From: a virus | DNA length: 64,000 bases | IMG/VR virus record: IMGVR_UViG_3300037311_000293 | Strand: one strand, 5' to 3' | Shown here: in pieces, positions 35,560 to 45,038 of the stretch | How the letters are laid out: each line of letters starts with the position of its first letter | How positions within the stretch are numbered: position 1 is the stretch's first letter | Position numbers and translations under genes: made by a program | The notes under the pieces: model-generated | The model's input: the letters and a program-made list of their open reading frames with translations, nothing else | What the model was told of the DNA's origin: nothing | The model's database searches: none

Positions 35560-36575
35560 ACGACATCGCGACGGCGCTGTTCAACTTGGAGCCAAGACTT
35601 CGTGAGCGCGCCAAGTTCGGAACAGACTACGTCCTGATCCAATGCCCGTTCCACGGCGACGGCCAGGAGAAGACACCGTCGTGCTCCGTAAGCCTTGAGA
35701 AGCCTGTGTTCCACTGCCACGCCTGTCAGACCTCTGGCCACGTGAGCCGGCTGTTCCGCTCTCTAGGCATGGATCCGCAATCCGTAGACGTCGTGCTGCG
35801 CATGACGGGGATGGATGCACGGAAGCAAGAAACCGCGATCTACGGAAAAGGCAAGCTCGCGGTACGAATGGTCAACGGGGGCTACAACCCCTACCGCGGA
35901 AAGTTCATCCTCGATGAAGATCTTCTGGACGCCTACCGCCACGCCCCCAAGGCGCTGCTACAGGCCGGGTTCAAGAAGAAGACACTCCACCACTTCGAGG
36001 TGGGGTACGACTTCCAGAATCTTAGGATCACATTCCCCTTGCGCAACGTGTACGGCGACCTCGTCGGTATCTCTGGGCGAGCCGCCTACGACGGCGATGA
36101 GCCGCGTTACAAGATCTACGACCAAGAGCTCCGTTTTCGTGAAGGATTCTCGGTACCTGAGAACTACACGATGGAGTCGGTCAAGGACGCCATCTTGTGG
36201 CACGGGCACATTGTCAGACCCTTCCTGTACAAGGACGACAGTGAAGCCCTGGTCGTCACCGAGGGGTTCAAGGCTTGCATGTGGACCTGGCAAGCCGGCT
36301 ATGAGAACACGGTAGCCCTTGTTGGCGCGTATCTGTCAGATCTACACGCCGAGATGATCGCCACCGTAGTGAAGTACGTAGTGCTGTTCTTGGACAACAA
36401 CGAAGCCGGAATCCGCGGCACCTACCACGCTGGCTGGAGACTTGCCCAGCGCGGTGTACATGTACTCGTGGTCCCCTACCCCGATGAGCGCGAACAGCCC
36501 GACGCTCTGACACCCGAAGAAATCAAACTCGCTTTTCGATCCTTGAAGCCTTTTCACGTCTGGAGAACATCATGA
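35556..36575 (+). CDS. dnaG: DnaG-like primase
   Basis: Zn-binding CPFH..CHAC; TOPRIM VTEGFKA and FLDNNEAG; QPD. Confidence 0.88.
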   Translation: MNDIATALFNLEPRLRERAKFGTDYVLIQCPFHGDGQEKTPSCSVSLEKPVFHCHACQTSGHVSRLFRSLGMDPQSVDVVLRMTGMDARKQETAIYGKGKLAVRMVNGGYNPYRGKFILDEDLLDAYRHAPKALLQAGFKKKTLHHFEVGYDFQNLRITFPLRNVYGDLVGISGRAAYDGDEPRYKIYDQELRFREGFSVPENYTMESVKDAILWHGHIVRPFLYKDDSEALVVTEGFKACMWTWQAGYENTVALVGAYLSDLHAEMIATVVKYVVLFLDNNEAGIRGTYHAGWRLAQRGVHVLVVPYPDEREQPDALTPEEIKLAFRSLKPFHVWRTS

Positions 36576-37801
36576 ACAAAGATCTAATGCGCCACCGCCA
36601 GACCCCCTCGTTCGCCGCCCAGGGTGCCGCCCGGAATCTCGGCCCCAGCGCGCGTGCCGGCGGCGGTCCTGGGGGAGGAAGCAAGATCGTGGAGGGCCGC
36701 TACGAGGCCTTCTACCCCCGAGATACCCCGATCTGGCTCCGCATCAGCCCGGCGTCGTCATACACCTACGAGGTCTACGACCGCGTCGAGAAGGAAGTCG
36801 TCGAAGTCACGACGACGTGGCTCGAGTACCGGAAGCACTACATCCCGGGCAACAAGAACCGGACGGGCCAGAACGGAAAGCGTCTGCAACAGGACTTCTT
36901 CTGCTCCTGCGGTCCTCGCCGCGAACAGCCGTGCTGGGGATGCGCGATTCGCACTGCGCACTACGAGAAGCTCGACGCCATCGAGGCCCGTACCGGTATC
37001 CGACCGGACGACGAGCCGCCGGTGAGCGCTTCTACGCAGTTCGCTCTCGCCATCACGGTGGCGGAGTGGATCTACAACATCCCGGTTCGAGACTCCAATG
37101 GTTCGATCCGGAAGACCCGTGGTGGTGAGCTGATCTACCGCCACATCCCCGCACCCTTCGCCGAGGAGAACTCGGAGGTCTCCGAGCTCGAAGGCTTCGA
37201 CCGGACGTTCGGGCACCGCATGCACTGGTCCATGGGCAGCCAGCACCTCGGGCAGCTTCTTGCCGTCGACGAGCGCCTGCGCTCGCACTGCGGCAACTGC
37301 GCCGGGGAAATGGTGGCCGACACCATGGTCTGCCCGTCGTGCGAGACCTCCCACAAGCTGCCTGGTGCAGTGAAGGGCATCGACCTCGACAAGGCCCGGC
37401 AGAAGAAGCGGAAGTGCTCGGCTTGCGGAGAGACCAACACGTTCGTTCCGCTCTACCAGTGCCCGGACTGCGGAGACCCCAAGGAGGGCAGCCTGCTGTC
37501 CTTCGATCTTCGCGTGATGAAGGAAAACATCGGAGACAACAAGTCGATCATCCACGTCGTCGACATCCGGATGCCGGGCTCTCCGGACCCCAACATCCAG
37601 ACCCGTCTGGACGAGATGAACAACAACCCCCTGAAGCTGGACGCCATCTTCGCCCCGACGGACCTGAAGTACCAGAAGTCGGCGCTGGGCGACCGGCTCA
37701 CCAAGGGACTCAGTCCCGTACTCGAACGCAAGGACGAGTCGGAGACCACGGAATCCTACTCCGAGGATGACGAGGACTCCGAAGACAAGATCGCGTTCTG
37801 A
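36572..37801 (+). CDS. Putative single-stranded DNA-binding protein with multiple Zn ribbons
   Basis: Lies between primase and polymerase. Contains CSC..CWGC plus CGNC, CPSC, CSAC and CPDC. The acidic tail ends in Phe (EDDEDSEDKIAF), as in T4 gp32 and T7 gp2.5. Confidence 0.6.
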   Translation: MNKDLMRHRQTPSFAAQGAARNLGPSARAGGGPGGGSKIVEGRYEAFYPRDTPIWLRISPASSYTYEVYDRVEKEVVEVTTTWLEYRKHYIPGNKNRTGQNGKRLQQDFFCSCGPRREQPCWGCAIRTAHYEKLDAIEARTGIRPDDEPPVSASTQFALAITVAEWIYNIPVRDSNGSIRKTRGGELIYRHIPAPFAEENSEVSELEGFDRTFGHRMHWSMGSQHLGQLLAVDERLRSHCGNCAGEMVADTMVCPSCETSHKLPGAVKGIDLDKARQKKRKCSACGETNTFVPLYQCPDCGDPKEGSLLSFDLRVMKENIGDNKSIIHVVDIRMPGSPDPNIQTRLDEMNNNPLKLDAIFAPTDLKYQKSALGDRLTKGLSPVLERKDESETTESYSEDDEDSEDKIAF

Positions 37802-37803
37802 TC

Positions 37804-39813
37804 ATGCCGCGTCTCCGTTTGCTCCCGCCCGTAGAATCGGCGGAAACACCGGAGGAGGCCGCCCCGATCTTCAACTACTTGATGAATCGGGGCGGCCACA
37901 TCGCGATCGACACCGAGACGACTGGTATCCAGAAGCTCGAGTCTCGCGTTTTGTTTTGGTCTATGGCCACTGAAGATCGCCGGTTCTTCCTGACCGACAA
38001 TCTTCTCGGGTACTTCCGCCCTCTTCTTGAGCGCAAAGACGTCACCTGGCGGCTGGCAAACGCCAAGTTCGATCGTCACATGCTCGCGAACATGGGCTAC
38101 GAGTTCCAGGGCCCAACCTGGGACATCATCGACATGGACGCCATGATCGATGACACGCGGCCCCACGGTCTCAAAGACCAGGCTTGGTTGTCGTACCAGG
38201 CGAAGTGGGGCGAGTTCAAGGAGCTGTTCCTCGATCCCTGGACGGTCGCAGAGGAGCTGGGTTTCGACAAATCGTTCTACGCCCAGTTCAAGCAACTCGA
38301 TGTTGGGCAAAAGCTGCTCGAGGTCTACAACCAGCGGCCAGACATCGTAGAGGACTACGCGAGCTGTGACGCCTTCTTCACGTACATGCGTGCCGAAGAC
38401 CTAGCCACACAACTCGCGGCCACTACGCTGCCCACGGAAGTCGTGCCGGGCTTCAAGACGCTCTCCGACTACTACGAGACCATCGAAGTACCGCTGACGC
38501 GCTCGCTCTGGCGCATGGAGCGCGCCGGCTTCGCTGTCGACCGCGATTGGGTGAAGCAGATCGACATTCCGATGCGGGACGGCATCGCGGCTCTGAACAA
38601 GGAACTCCGACAGATCATCGGATACGAGTTCAATCCGAAGTCGTCTGCGGACATCGCGTCGATCCTCTACGACAAGAGCCAGTTCGCCATGAAGCCGCTG
38701 AAGTACACCAGCGGTGGTGGCGGCGAACCAAAGCCCTCAACCGACGAAGCAACCCTCAAGACCCTCAAGCTACGATGCAGCGACATCCAGTCGCCGCAGT
38801 TCAAGTTCCTTGATGCGCTGCTGCGCTTCAAGAAGCTGACGAAGCTGCACGGCACCTACGTCAAGAACATCGACAAGGTGATCGCCAGCGACGGACGCGT
38901 CCACTGCCGCCTGAACCAGAGCGGTGCCAGGACATCTCGTCTGTCGTCGTCAGACCCCAACATGCAGAACATCCCGATCCGAAATGATCCCTACAAGATT
39001 CGCGGCTGCTTTGTCGCAGATCCAGGAACACTTCTGATCGACTACGACTATCCCCAGATCGAGTTCCGAATCGCCGCCGCTCTTGCTGGTGAGAAGGACA
39101 TGATCGAGGCCATCAAGCGTGGCTGGGATATCCACACCGCGAATGCGGCCAACATGTACAAGAGCGATTCGCGCGTTACCTACGACGCGATCATGGAGGC
39201 TCGGCGTAAGAAAGACGCCAAGGAGCCGATGAGCGACATCGACAAGTACCTGCTGTCTCGCCGTGATGGAGCCAAGACCGTTGGTCTTGGAACTCTGTAC
39301 GGCGAGGGTACGGCGAAGATGGCTCAAGAGCTCAAGATCTCGAGACAAGAGGCCGAAGAGCTCCGAGATGCGTTCTTCACCACGTACCCGTCGATCGCCA
39401 ATCAGATCGACTACATGCATGGGTACGCCCATACGTACGAGCACACTCACACGATGCTCGGGCGTATGCGGCGTCTGCACCGGATCAACAACCTGTACAA
39501 CAGCGGTCTGGTAGCCGCCGAAGAACGCCAGGCGTACAACTCCTTGATCCAGGGATCTGGTGCCGAGATGATGAAGCTCGCGCTTCTTCGTATCGACAAC
39601 AACCCCGACTTCATCGCACTTGGTGGCCGGCTGGTCCTGACGGTGCACGACGAGCTCATCGCGCGTGCTCCCAAGGACACTGCGCACGAGGTCGCCGGGA
39701 TCATGAAGGAGATGATGTCCGACCCCTACAACTGGGGGCCGATTCGCCTGAACTACCCCGTACCTGTAGACCCCGATGGCTCCATTGGTGAGCGCTGGAG
39801 TGACGTGAAATGA
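37804..39813 (+). CDS. polA: Family A DNA polymerase (3'-5' exonuclease plus polymerase, no 5' nuclease)
   Basis: Exo motifs AIDTETTG, NAKFD and YASCD; motif A DYPQIEFR; motif B RRDGAKTVGLGTLYG; motif C TVHDEL. Confidence 0.95.
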   Translation: MPRLRLLPPVESAETPEEAAPIFNYLMNRGGHIAIDTETTGIQKLESRVLFWSMATEDRRFFLTDNLLGYFRPLLERKDVTWRLANAKFDRHMLANMGYEFQGPTWDIIDMDAMIDDTRPHGLKDQAWLSYQAKWGEFKELFLDPWTVAEELGFDKSFYAQFKQLDVGQKLLEVYNQRPDIVEDYASCDAFFTYMRAEDLATQLAATTLPTEVVPGFKTLSDYYETIEVPLTRSLWRMERAGFAVDRDWVKQIDIPMRDGIAALNKELRQIIGYEFNPKSSADIASILYDKSQFAMKPLKYTSGGGGEPKPSTDEATLKTLKLRCSDIQSPQFKFLDALLRFKKLTKLHGTYVKNIDKVIASDGRVHCRLNQSGARTSRLSSSDPNMQNIPIRNDPYKIRGCFVADPGTLLIDYDYPQIEFRIAAALAGEKDMIEAIKRGWDIHTANAANMYKSDSRVTYDAIMEARRKKDAKEPMSDIDKYLLSRRDGAKTVGLGTLYGEGTAKMAQELKISRQEAEELRDAFFTTYPSIANQIDYMHGYAHTYEHTHTMLGRMRRLHRINNLYNSGLVAAEERQAYNSLIQGSGAEMMKLALLRIDNNPDFIALGGRLVLTVHDELIARAPKDTAHEVAGIMKEMMSDPYNWGPIRLNYPVPVDPDGSIGERWSDVK

Positions 39814-40241
39814 TGAACGTGAGTGTGATCCATCCTGTGCTACCGTGGTACGGGATCTTCTTCATCTCTTCGAAGAAACCCGCCCCTGGGGTGGCCTACT
39901 CGATGTTGTCTGCAACAGAGAACACCGAGAACCACTACATCGACGTGGTGTCACGGCCGCTTCTGTGCTGGACGCTCGCCTACGGCGGGGCACCGGAAGC
40001 TCTGTACTACTGGAGCAAGCGCTCGCGCCCAGCAACTGCCCTTGAGATCTGCGCGTACCTCGGCGATGCCGAGGACATCCAACACCATCTCGGGGACTTG
40101 GAACACGGAGATGTGCAGCTCGGTGCCCAGCGTCTTGCTGTCTCCGAGAAGCTGGAAGTGTTGATCAAGCTCCATCAACAGGAGGCTGCGGTTTACCTGT
40201 CGAAGGACGCACGCGACGTGCTGACCCTGCTGGAGGATTGA
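39810..40241 (+). CDS. Hypothetical protein
   Basis: ATGA-coupled to polA; 143 aa. Confidence 0.65.
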   Translation: MMNVSVIHPVLPWYGIFFISSKKPAPGVAYSMLSATENTENHYIDVVSRPLLCWTLAYGGAPEALYYWSKRSRPATALEICAYLGDAEDIQHHLGDLEHGDVQLGAQRLAVSEKLEVLIKLHQQEAAVYLSKDARDVLTLLED

Positions 40242-40243
40242 AC

Positions 40244-41515
40244 ATGGCGAGCAAGAAGACGGCGAAGAAGAAGGCACCTGCCAGCAAGAGCCAAACCACG
40301 AGGGCGGCAAGGGCCAGAGCAGAAGCCACGACCAAGAACAAAGCCCAACCCAAGGCTGACATCGACGATGTGATCGCAGCAGTCAACAAGGAGATGAAGG
40401 GCTCCGTGGTGCGTCGTGCGTCCGACATGGACACATTGTACCTGCTGCGGCGACCCACCGGGATTCCCACGCTCGACATCGCCATGGGTGGTGGCTTTCC
40501 GGCGTCTGCGACCTCAGTGCTCGTCGGGCCCGACGGCGCCGGCAAGGACTACTTGTTGTGGAGAACCTGTGCCGAGACCCAAAAGATCTACGGTGACGAG
40601 TTCTGCATGGTGGCCTTCCTGACTGAGTTTCGCGCCGACAAGCCGTTCATGCGCAACATGTGCGGGTTGAAGGTCGCGTTCTCCGACGCCGAGATCGAGT
40701 CCTACAACGAGGCCCGTGAGAAGTCCGGCGTCGAGCCCCTCACCGAAGAGGAGATCGAGGAGCTCAAGACCGAGGTCGGCAAGATCTACATCATCGACGG
40801 CGTGACGGCCGAACAAGGCTTCGACGCGTTGATCCGCATCATCGCATCGAACACCTGTCAGATTGCTGTGATCAACAGCATCGGTTTCCTGCAAACCGAA
40901 GCAAAGGAAGCGACGGAGAGCTTCACCGAGTTCCCGCAACAGCGGAACGAGGCGATGCTGCTGTCGAAGTTCATGCCGAAGCTGGCGATGACCCTCAACA
41001 ACGACGACAACGGCAGGAACGAAACCTCGCTGCTGATCGTCAACCAAGTCCGCTCCAAGGACAACGCCCAAGCCGTACGCGGACGTCCGACCCAGGAACG
41101 CGACAAGTACGAGGCCGGCTCGAAGTCCTACGCCCTGAAGCACGGCAAGGCCATCGAGGTCTTCGTTCACAAGGGACCGAAGTACCGGGACGCCGTGGAC
41201 AACACGGTCATCGGACGCAAGACGCCGTGGGAGCTCACCAAGGGCAAACTCGGCACCCACGACGGCAAGGCAGGGTCGTTCGACTTCTTCTACGACGGTG
41301 GCGCCGACATCCTTGGCGACCTTCACGCGGCGTGCTTGCTGTACGACGTCTTCGAGACCGCAGGTGCTTGGGTGACCTACGACGACGAAGAGTTCGGCTT
41401 CAAGGCACAGGGCAAGGAAGGTGTGCGTCGTCAGCTCATGGACAACCCAGAGCTCGTCGCCCACCTCAAAGAGCGTGTGCTCCAGGCTGCCAACGTGGTG
41501 TGTAGGTACCGCTGA
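40244..41515 (+). CDS. recA: RecA/UvsX-like recombinase with atypical Walker motifs
   Basis: PTGIPTLDIAMGGGFP, GPDGAGKD, FLTE, VINSIG, LIVNQVR, YALKH and AGAWVTY. GGAGG RBS before ATG 40244. Confidence 0.85.
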   Translation: MASKKTAKKKAPASKSQTTRAARARAEATTKNKAQPKADIDDVIAAVNKEMKGSVVRRASDMDTLYLLRRPTGIPTLDIAMGGGFPASATSVLVGPDGAGKDYLLWRTCAETQKIYGDEFCMVAFLTEFRADKPFMRNMCGLKVAFSDAEIESYNEAREKSGVEPLTEEEIEELKTEVGKIYIIDGVTAEQGFDALIRIIASNTCQIAVINSIGFLQTEAKEATESFTEFPQQRNEAMLLSKFMPKLAMTLNNDDNGRNETSLLIVNQVRSKDNAQAVRGRPTQERDKYEAGSKSYALKHGKAIEVFVHKGPKYRDAVDNTVIGRKTPWELTKGKLGTHDGKAGSFDFFYDGGADILGDLHAACLLYDVFETAGAWVTYDDEEFGFKAQGKEGVRRQLMDNPELVAHLKERVLQAANVVCRYR

Positions 41516-41516
41516 C

Positions 41517-42071
41517 GTGGCTACGCAGAAGCAGCGCAAGCGGCGGTCTGCTCGAGTGGAGAGGGCGGTGGCTGCCGATCTTGGTGGCCACCGCACCTTC
41601 AACTCCGGTGCCGGCGATGAAAAGGGCGACGCCGTCGTCCCTCACCGCGTCACCCAAACCGGGGGCTCACTGAGAGAAGTCACCAAGCTCGCTCTCAGGA
41701 TCGAAAGCAAGACAACCGAGGCAGCGTCGTACACGTTTCACGTGCTCGACTGGATCAAGCTCGTAGACGCCGCTCTTGCGAACGGCGAGCTACCCGTCTT
41801 CCACATCCAAGTGCTTACGCGGAGCACTCCTGTGGACTTCGTAGTGATCCAGAGTTCGTTCTTTCGCGAGCTCTTTCCAGGGCACGTGCCTCCGCTTTCT
41901 CGTGCGCGTGTGCGGTCTGTAAAGATCGATTACGAAAAGATGAAGGAGTGGGATGACCTCGAACCCGCCATGGCTTTCGAGTTCGACCTATCACCCTCAC
42001 GAGGCTACGTCACAGCGGTGTCTTACGATGCCTTCCTGACGAAACTGAAGCACTACGAGACAACGCTATGA
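41517..42071 (+). CDS. Hjc-like PD-(D/E)xK Holliday junction resolvase
   Basis: SARVERAVAADLGGHRTFNSGA..KGDAV...IESKTT. Confidence 0.65.
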   Translation: MATQKQRKRRSARVERAVAADLGGHRTFNSGAGDEKGDAVVPHRVTQTGGSLREVTKLALRIESKTTEAASYTFHVLDWIKLVDAALANGELPVFHIQVLTRSTPVDFVVIQSSFFRELFPGHVPPLSRARVRSVKIDYEKMKEWDDLEPAMAFEFDLSPSRGYVTAVSYDAFLTKLKHYETTL

Positions 42072-42880
42072 AGACAGCGGTAACACTGGCGGATGCCGTC
42101 GGGCTCACCAAGGACGACATCTTCGATCTCGAAGGCGCTTACGTCGGTATGTTGAAGACGACGGTGCGCGACCAAGATCGTCAGGGCTACTTTCATCCAA
42201 GTAGCGTTGGGAGCTGCGGACGAAAGAACGTCTACGAGTACATCCGTGCGCCTGCCATCCAAACCATCGAGCCCGAAAGTCTAGAGATCTTCGATCTCGG
42301 GCATGCGATCCATGAGCTCGTCGGGAACAAGTTGCTGAAGACAGGTACGTACCTGAAGGAAAGCAACGTCGGATACAACCTCCGCCTGGAGGTACCCTTT
42401 GATCCCGCCACAGATCAGTTGTTCGTCGACTTTGGTGTCGGCGGCACGACGGATGGTGTACTCGACATCTGGGCAGCCACCTGGCGTCAACGGGCTGTAG
42501 TGGAGACGAAGTCGATCGGCCTCAAGTACTTCGAGACACTGACTGGGCCCAAAGAAGATCATCTCGAGCAAGCACACATCTACGCGTATCGATTCGACGC
42601 ACCGATCATCTACGTCTGGTACTACTGCAAGAACGACTCTCGACGTAAGGTGTATCGGGTGCCCTACGATCACTCGATCTTGATGCGGGCGCTCAAGAAG
42701 TTCGAAACCTGGCTCGAGCACGTCAGAAACAACACCCTGCCCGATCGCAGCGAGGACTGGTTCGCTTGTCCGCGCTGCGAGTACCGCCTGGTGTGCCAAC
42801 CTTCGATCATTCGAAACCAGTCGTCGCGGACCCACGGCAAGAAGCTGAACGTGATCCGTAAGAACGGCCAGATGAGGTAG
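42068..42880 (+). CDS. Cas4/AddB-like PD-(D/E)xK exonuclease with Fe-S cysteines
   Basis: FHPSSVGSCGRK, GTTDG, VETKS, QAHIY and CPRCEYRLVC. Confidence 0.8.
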   Translation: MKTAVTLADAVGLTKDDIFDLEGAYVGMLKTTVRDQDRQGYFHPSSVGSCGRKNVYEYIRAPAIQTIEPESLEIFDLGHAIHELVGNKLLKTGTYLKESNVGYNLRLEVPFDPATDQLFVDFGVGGTTDGVLDIWAATWRQRAVVETKSIGLKYFETLTGPKEDHLEQAHIYAYRFDAPIIYVWYYCKNDSRRKVYRVPYDHSILMRALKKFETWLEHVRNNTLPDRSEDWFACPRCEYRLVCQPSIIRNQSSRTHGKKLNVIRKNGQMR

Positions 42881-42882
42881 CC

Positions 42883-43494
42883 GTGAGCGGTCTGAAACTG
42901 AAAGACAAAGCAATCGTGCCCCAGACCAAGGGGCAGGAGAGTCTCGTGGGCTTCACTGCCCAAGAGATCATGGACGAAGTGTCGGCGCGCACCCACGAGC
43001 TCGGGCTGCCGGCGTACCCGCGCCCCACAAACACACCGGTGCCCCTCACCGATGTTGACGTCGAGACCTTGACCAATCACCAGCTCGGGGCGTTGTACAC
43101 GCAGTACACCGCCTTTGCGCAGTTCGTGAACGGACAGCTCGCAGAGGCAGAGGCGGGTTACAAGATCGCGTCGTCTCGGTTGAAGATGCTGGACGCCCGA
43201 CTACGCGCCGAGCTGTTCGCGCAGAACGTACCGAAGACCGAGGTGCCCGTGCGCGTCAAAGAGAACGGCGCGCTTCAGGATGCCGAGTTCGAGCTGGTCA
43301 AGTTGTTCGCGATGAAGACCATCCTCGAGGCCCACTACAAGGCATACGACAAACAGGCCTCGGCGCTGTCGCGCATCATCACCCTCCGCGAGCTCGAGTT
43401 CGAGAAGGAGATGCGGGACAACGGGATCCACGGCCGAAAGCCCCGGGCCCGAACGGCTCAGCGTCCTGGGAGGGACTTCGCGCGTGAGGACTAG
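42883..43494 (+). CDS. Helical protein, possible UvsY-like recombination mediator
   Basis: Long amphipathic helices, located in the recombination cluster; the similarity is impressionistic. Confidence 0.4.
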   Translation: MSGLKLKDKAIVPQTKGQESLVGFTAQEIMDEVSARTHELGLPAYPRPTNTPVPLTDVDVETLTNHQLGALYTQYTAFAQFVNGQLAEAEAGYKIASSRLKMLDARLRAELFAQNVPKTEVPVRVKENGALQDAEFELVKLFAMKTILEAHYKAYDKQASALSRIITLRELEFEKEMRDNGIHGRKPRARTAQRPGRDFARED

Positions 43495-43963
43495 TGAACG
43501 CTACGCCTTGCTCAAGCTCGAGGTCGAGTTACGTGAGAAGCCGATCAGCATCAACGCGGCGTACAGCACTTCGCGAGGACGCCGCTTCCTGACCTCAGAG
43601 GGAAAGGCTTTCACGGCACGCCTTTCCTCTGTGATCGCGAAAGCTACGTTGACGGCTAACGCGTCATGGAAAGATGTCGTCGACACTGTCTATAAGAATG
43701 GGGGAGGCATTCATCTGATGATCGACTTGTACCTCGACGACCTGCACAACCCGCATTGGGTCGTCGGCGGCAACAAAACGGCGTCAGGTGCGCCTCGTCC
43801 TCCGTACAAAGTCTTCGACGGCTCGAACTACATCAAGCTGATCGAGGATGCCGTCGTCAAGGGGACTGGTATCGACGATAGCTGCCATTTGTTCACAGGA
43901 ATCGAAAAGCATCACGATCCGGATGACCCGCGCATCGGGATCGTGTATACGGTGCTCGAATGA
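43484..43963 (+). CDS. rusA: RusA-like Holliday junction resolvase
   Basis: KPISINAAY..GRRFLTSEGKAF and DGSNYIKLIEDAV..GIDDS. Confidence 0.7.
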   Translation: MRTSERYALLKLEVELREKPISINAAYSTSRGRRFLTSEGKAFTARLSSVIAKATLTANASWKDVVDTVYKNGGGIHLMIDLYLDDLHNPHWVVGGNKTASGAPRPPYKVFDGSNYIKLIEDAVVKGTGIDDSCHLFTGIEKHHDPDDPRIGIVYTVLE

Positions 43964-44196
43964 GTAAAACCACTGAACTCGTAGCTCTAGCCAAGGACAA
44001 GTGCGAGGATCCTCGATTCGCCGTGTGCTATGCGCGAGGATCAGTGTTCAAGGCTGAGGGACACTTCCATCGTGTGGAGAAAGGCAAGCGCAGCCTCGTG
44101 AGTCGCGCGCTCTGTCTTTCCGAGCACTACGGAAAGCGTTGCCAGATCTGTCCCAATCGGGACTTTACTGTAACGTTGGTCGCACATGGGACTTGA
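43960..44196 (+). CDS. Small Cys-rich protein
   Basis: 78 aa with five Cys, including CQICP; ATGA-coupled. Confidence 0.6.
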   Translation: MSKTTELVALAKDKCEDPRFAVCYARGSVFKAEGHFHRVEKGKRSLVSRALCLSEHYGKRCQICPNRDFTVTLVAHGT

Positions 44197-44512
44197 CGAT
44201 CTCAACCTGAGCGAGCTAGTCCTGCTGGCCCAGGAAACGAACGACAAGGCTCATCGCGGCCTCGGGCGAGACGCGCTCATCAAGCTCGCTCTCGGAGAAG
44301 ACTTCGTGATCCATGAACGGCAGGTGGACAAGACACGCCTGACCATCATGGAGTTTGTCGAGACCCACTGGGATCAGGTGAGGCCTCTGCTCTCCTGCCC
44401 AGCGAAAACCCGAGACTCACGAGCGTGCTTCCAGTGCACGGACATCCAGGTGCTGGAGTGCGCTACGTCGAACGACATCATCTTCGTCTGGAAACGCAAC
44501 AAGGATCGATAG
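44186..44512 (+). CDS. Rho-N-like (helix-extended-helix) domain plus Cys-rich domain protein
   Basis: LDDLNLSELVLLAQE..AHRGLGRDALIKLA, then CPA..ACFQC..EC. Confidence 0.5.
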   Translation: MGLDDLNLSELVLLAQETNDKAHRGLGRDALIKLALGEDFVIHERQVDKTRLTIMEFVETHWDQVRPLLSCPAKTRDSRACFQCTDIQVLECATSNDIIFVWKRNKDR

Positions 44513-44520
44513 GAGATACA

Positions 44521-44976
44521 ATGGCACTTCCGAACGAGTTCGCCGAGTACGAGAGCTTCAGCAAGGAACAGTGGATGGAGGTCGCGTCAAGCACGGACCC
44601 CATCCGCCGCAAGGTCGTCGCGAACTGTCTCCGTGAGCTCGGCGTGGCTCCCGCGGACTACATGGGCTGGGACGCCGCGACCCGCGTCGACTTCATCATG
44701 AGCAAGGCGGAGCCCAAGAAGGCCGACACCGGCTCGGGCAAGACCTCGGGCAAGGGCAAGGCGGCGGCGACTCCGTCGGCTTCGGCGGCGCCGGCTGCGG
44801 CCGTCGGCGGCATCGACCCCGCGGTCATCGCCGAGCTCCAGGAGAAGGTCGAGTACAACTCGAAGCTCCTCACGAAGGTCCACGACCTTCTCGTCGTTCT
44901 CATCTACTCGAACCCCGCGGCGAAGGCGAACGCCGAGGAGCTCGACGTCGACGTGAACCTCCTGGGAAACGGCTGA
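44521..44976 (+). CDS. Hypothetical protein with K/A-rich linker and coiled coil
   Basis: AGGAG RBS before ATG 44521; high GC3. Confidence 0.75.
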   Translation: MALPNEFAEYESFSKEQWMEVASSTDPIRRKVVANCLRELGVAPADYMGWDAATRVDFIMSKAEPKKADTGSGKTSGKGKAAATPSASAAPAAAVGGIDPAVIAELQEKVEYNSKLLTKVHDLLVVLIYSNPAAKANAEELDVDVNLLGNG

Positions 44977-45038
44977 GCTCCCCTGTAGGCCCGGCGACTC
45001 GGCTTCTCGGGGTTGAGTCGCTGCCTCGCGGCTCGGTC

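Noticed and set aside
34553-41999. Partial CCTATCA matches at about 34553 and 41986
   Set aside because: Within coding regions and they diverge after 7 nt (no AGYA core).
42068-42880. CRISPR-Cas system around the Cas4-like gene
   Set aside because: No repeat-spacer array and no cas1, cas2 or effector genes seen; the context is a recombination operon.
19095-43800. K-x-A-[A/S] hits in MoxR (KTAS), the 32644 protein (KQAS), the UvsY-like protein (KQAS) and RusA (KTAS) as cleavage sites
   Set aside because: About the number expected by chance in ~10,000 aa of non-virion proteins; recorded as background for the motif hypothesis.
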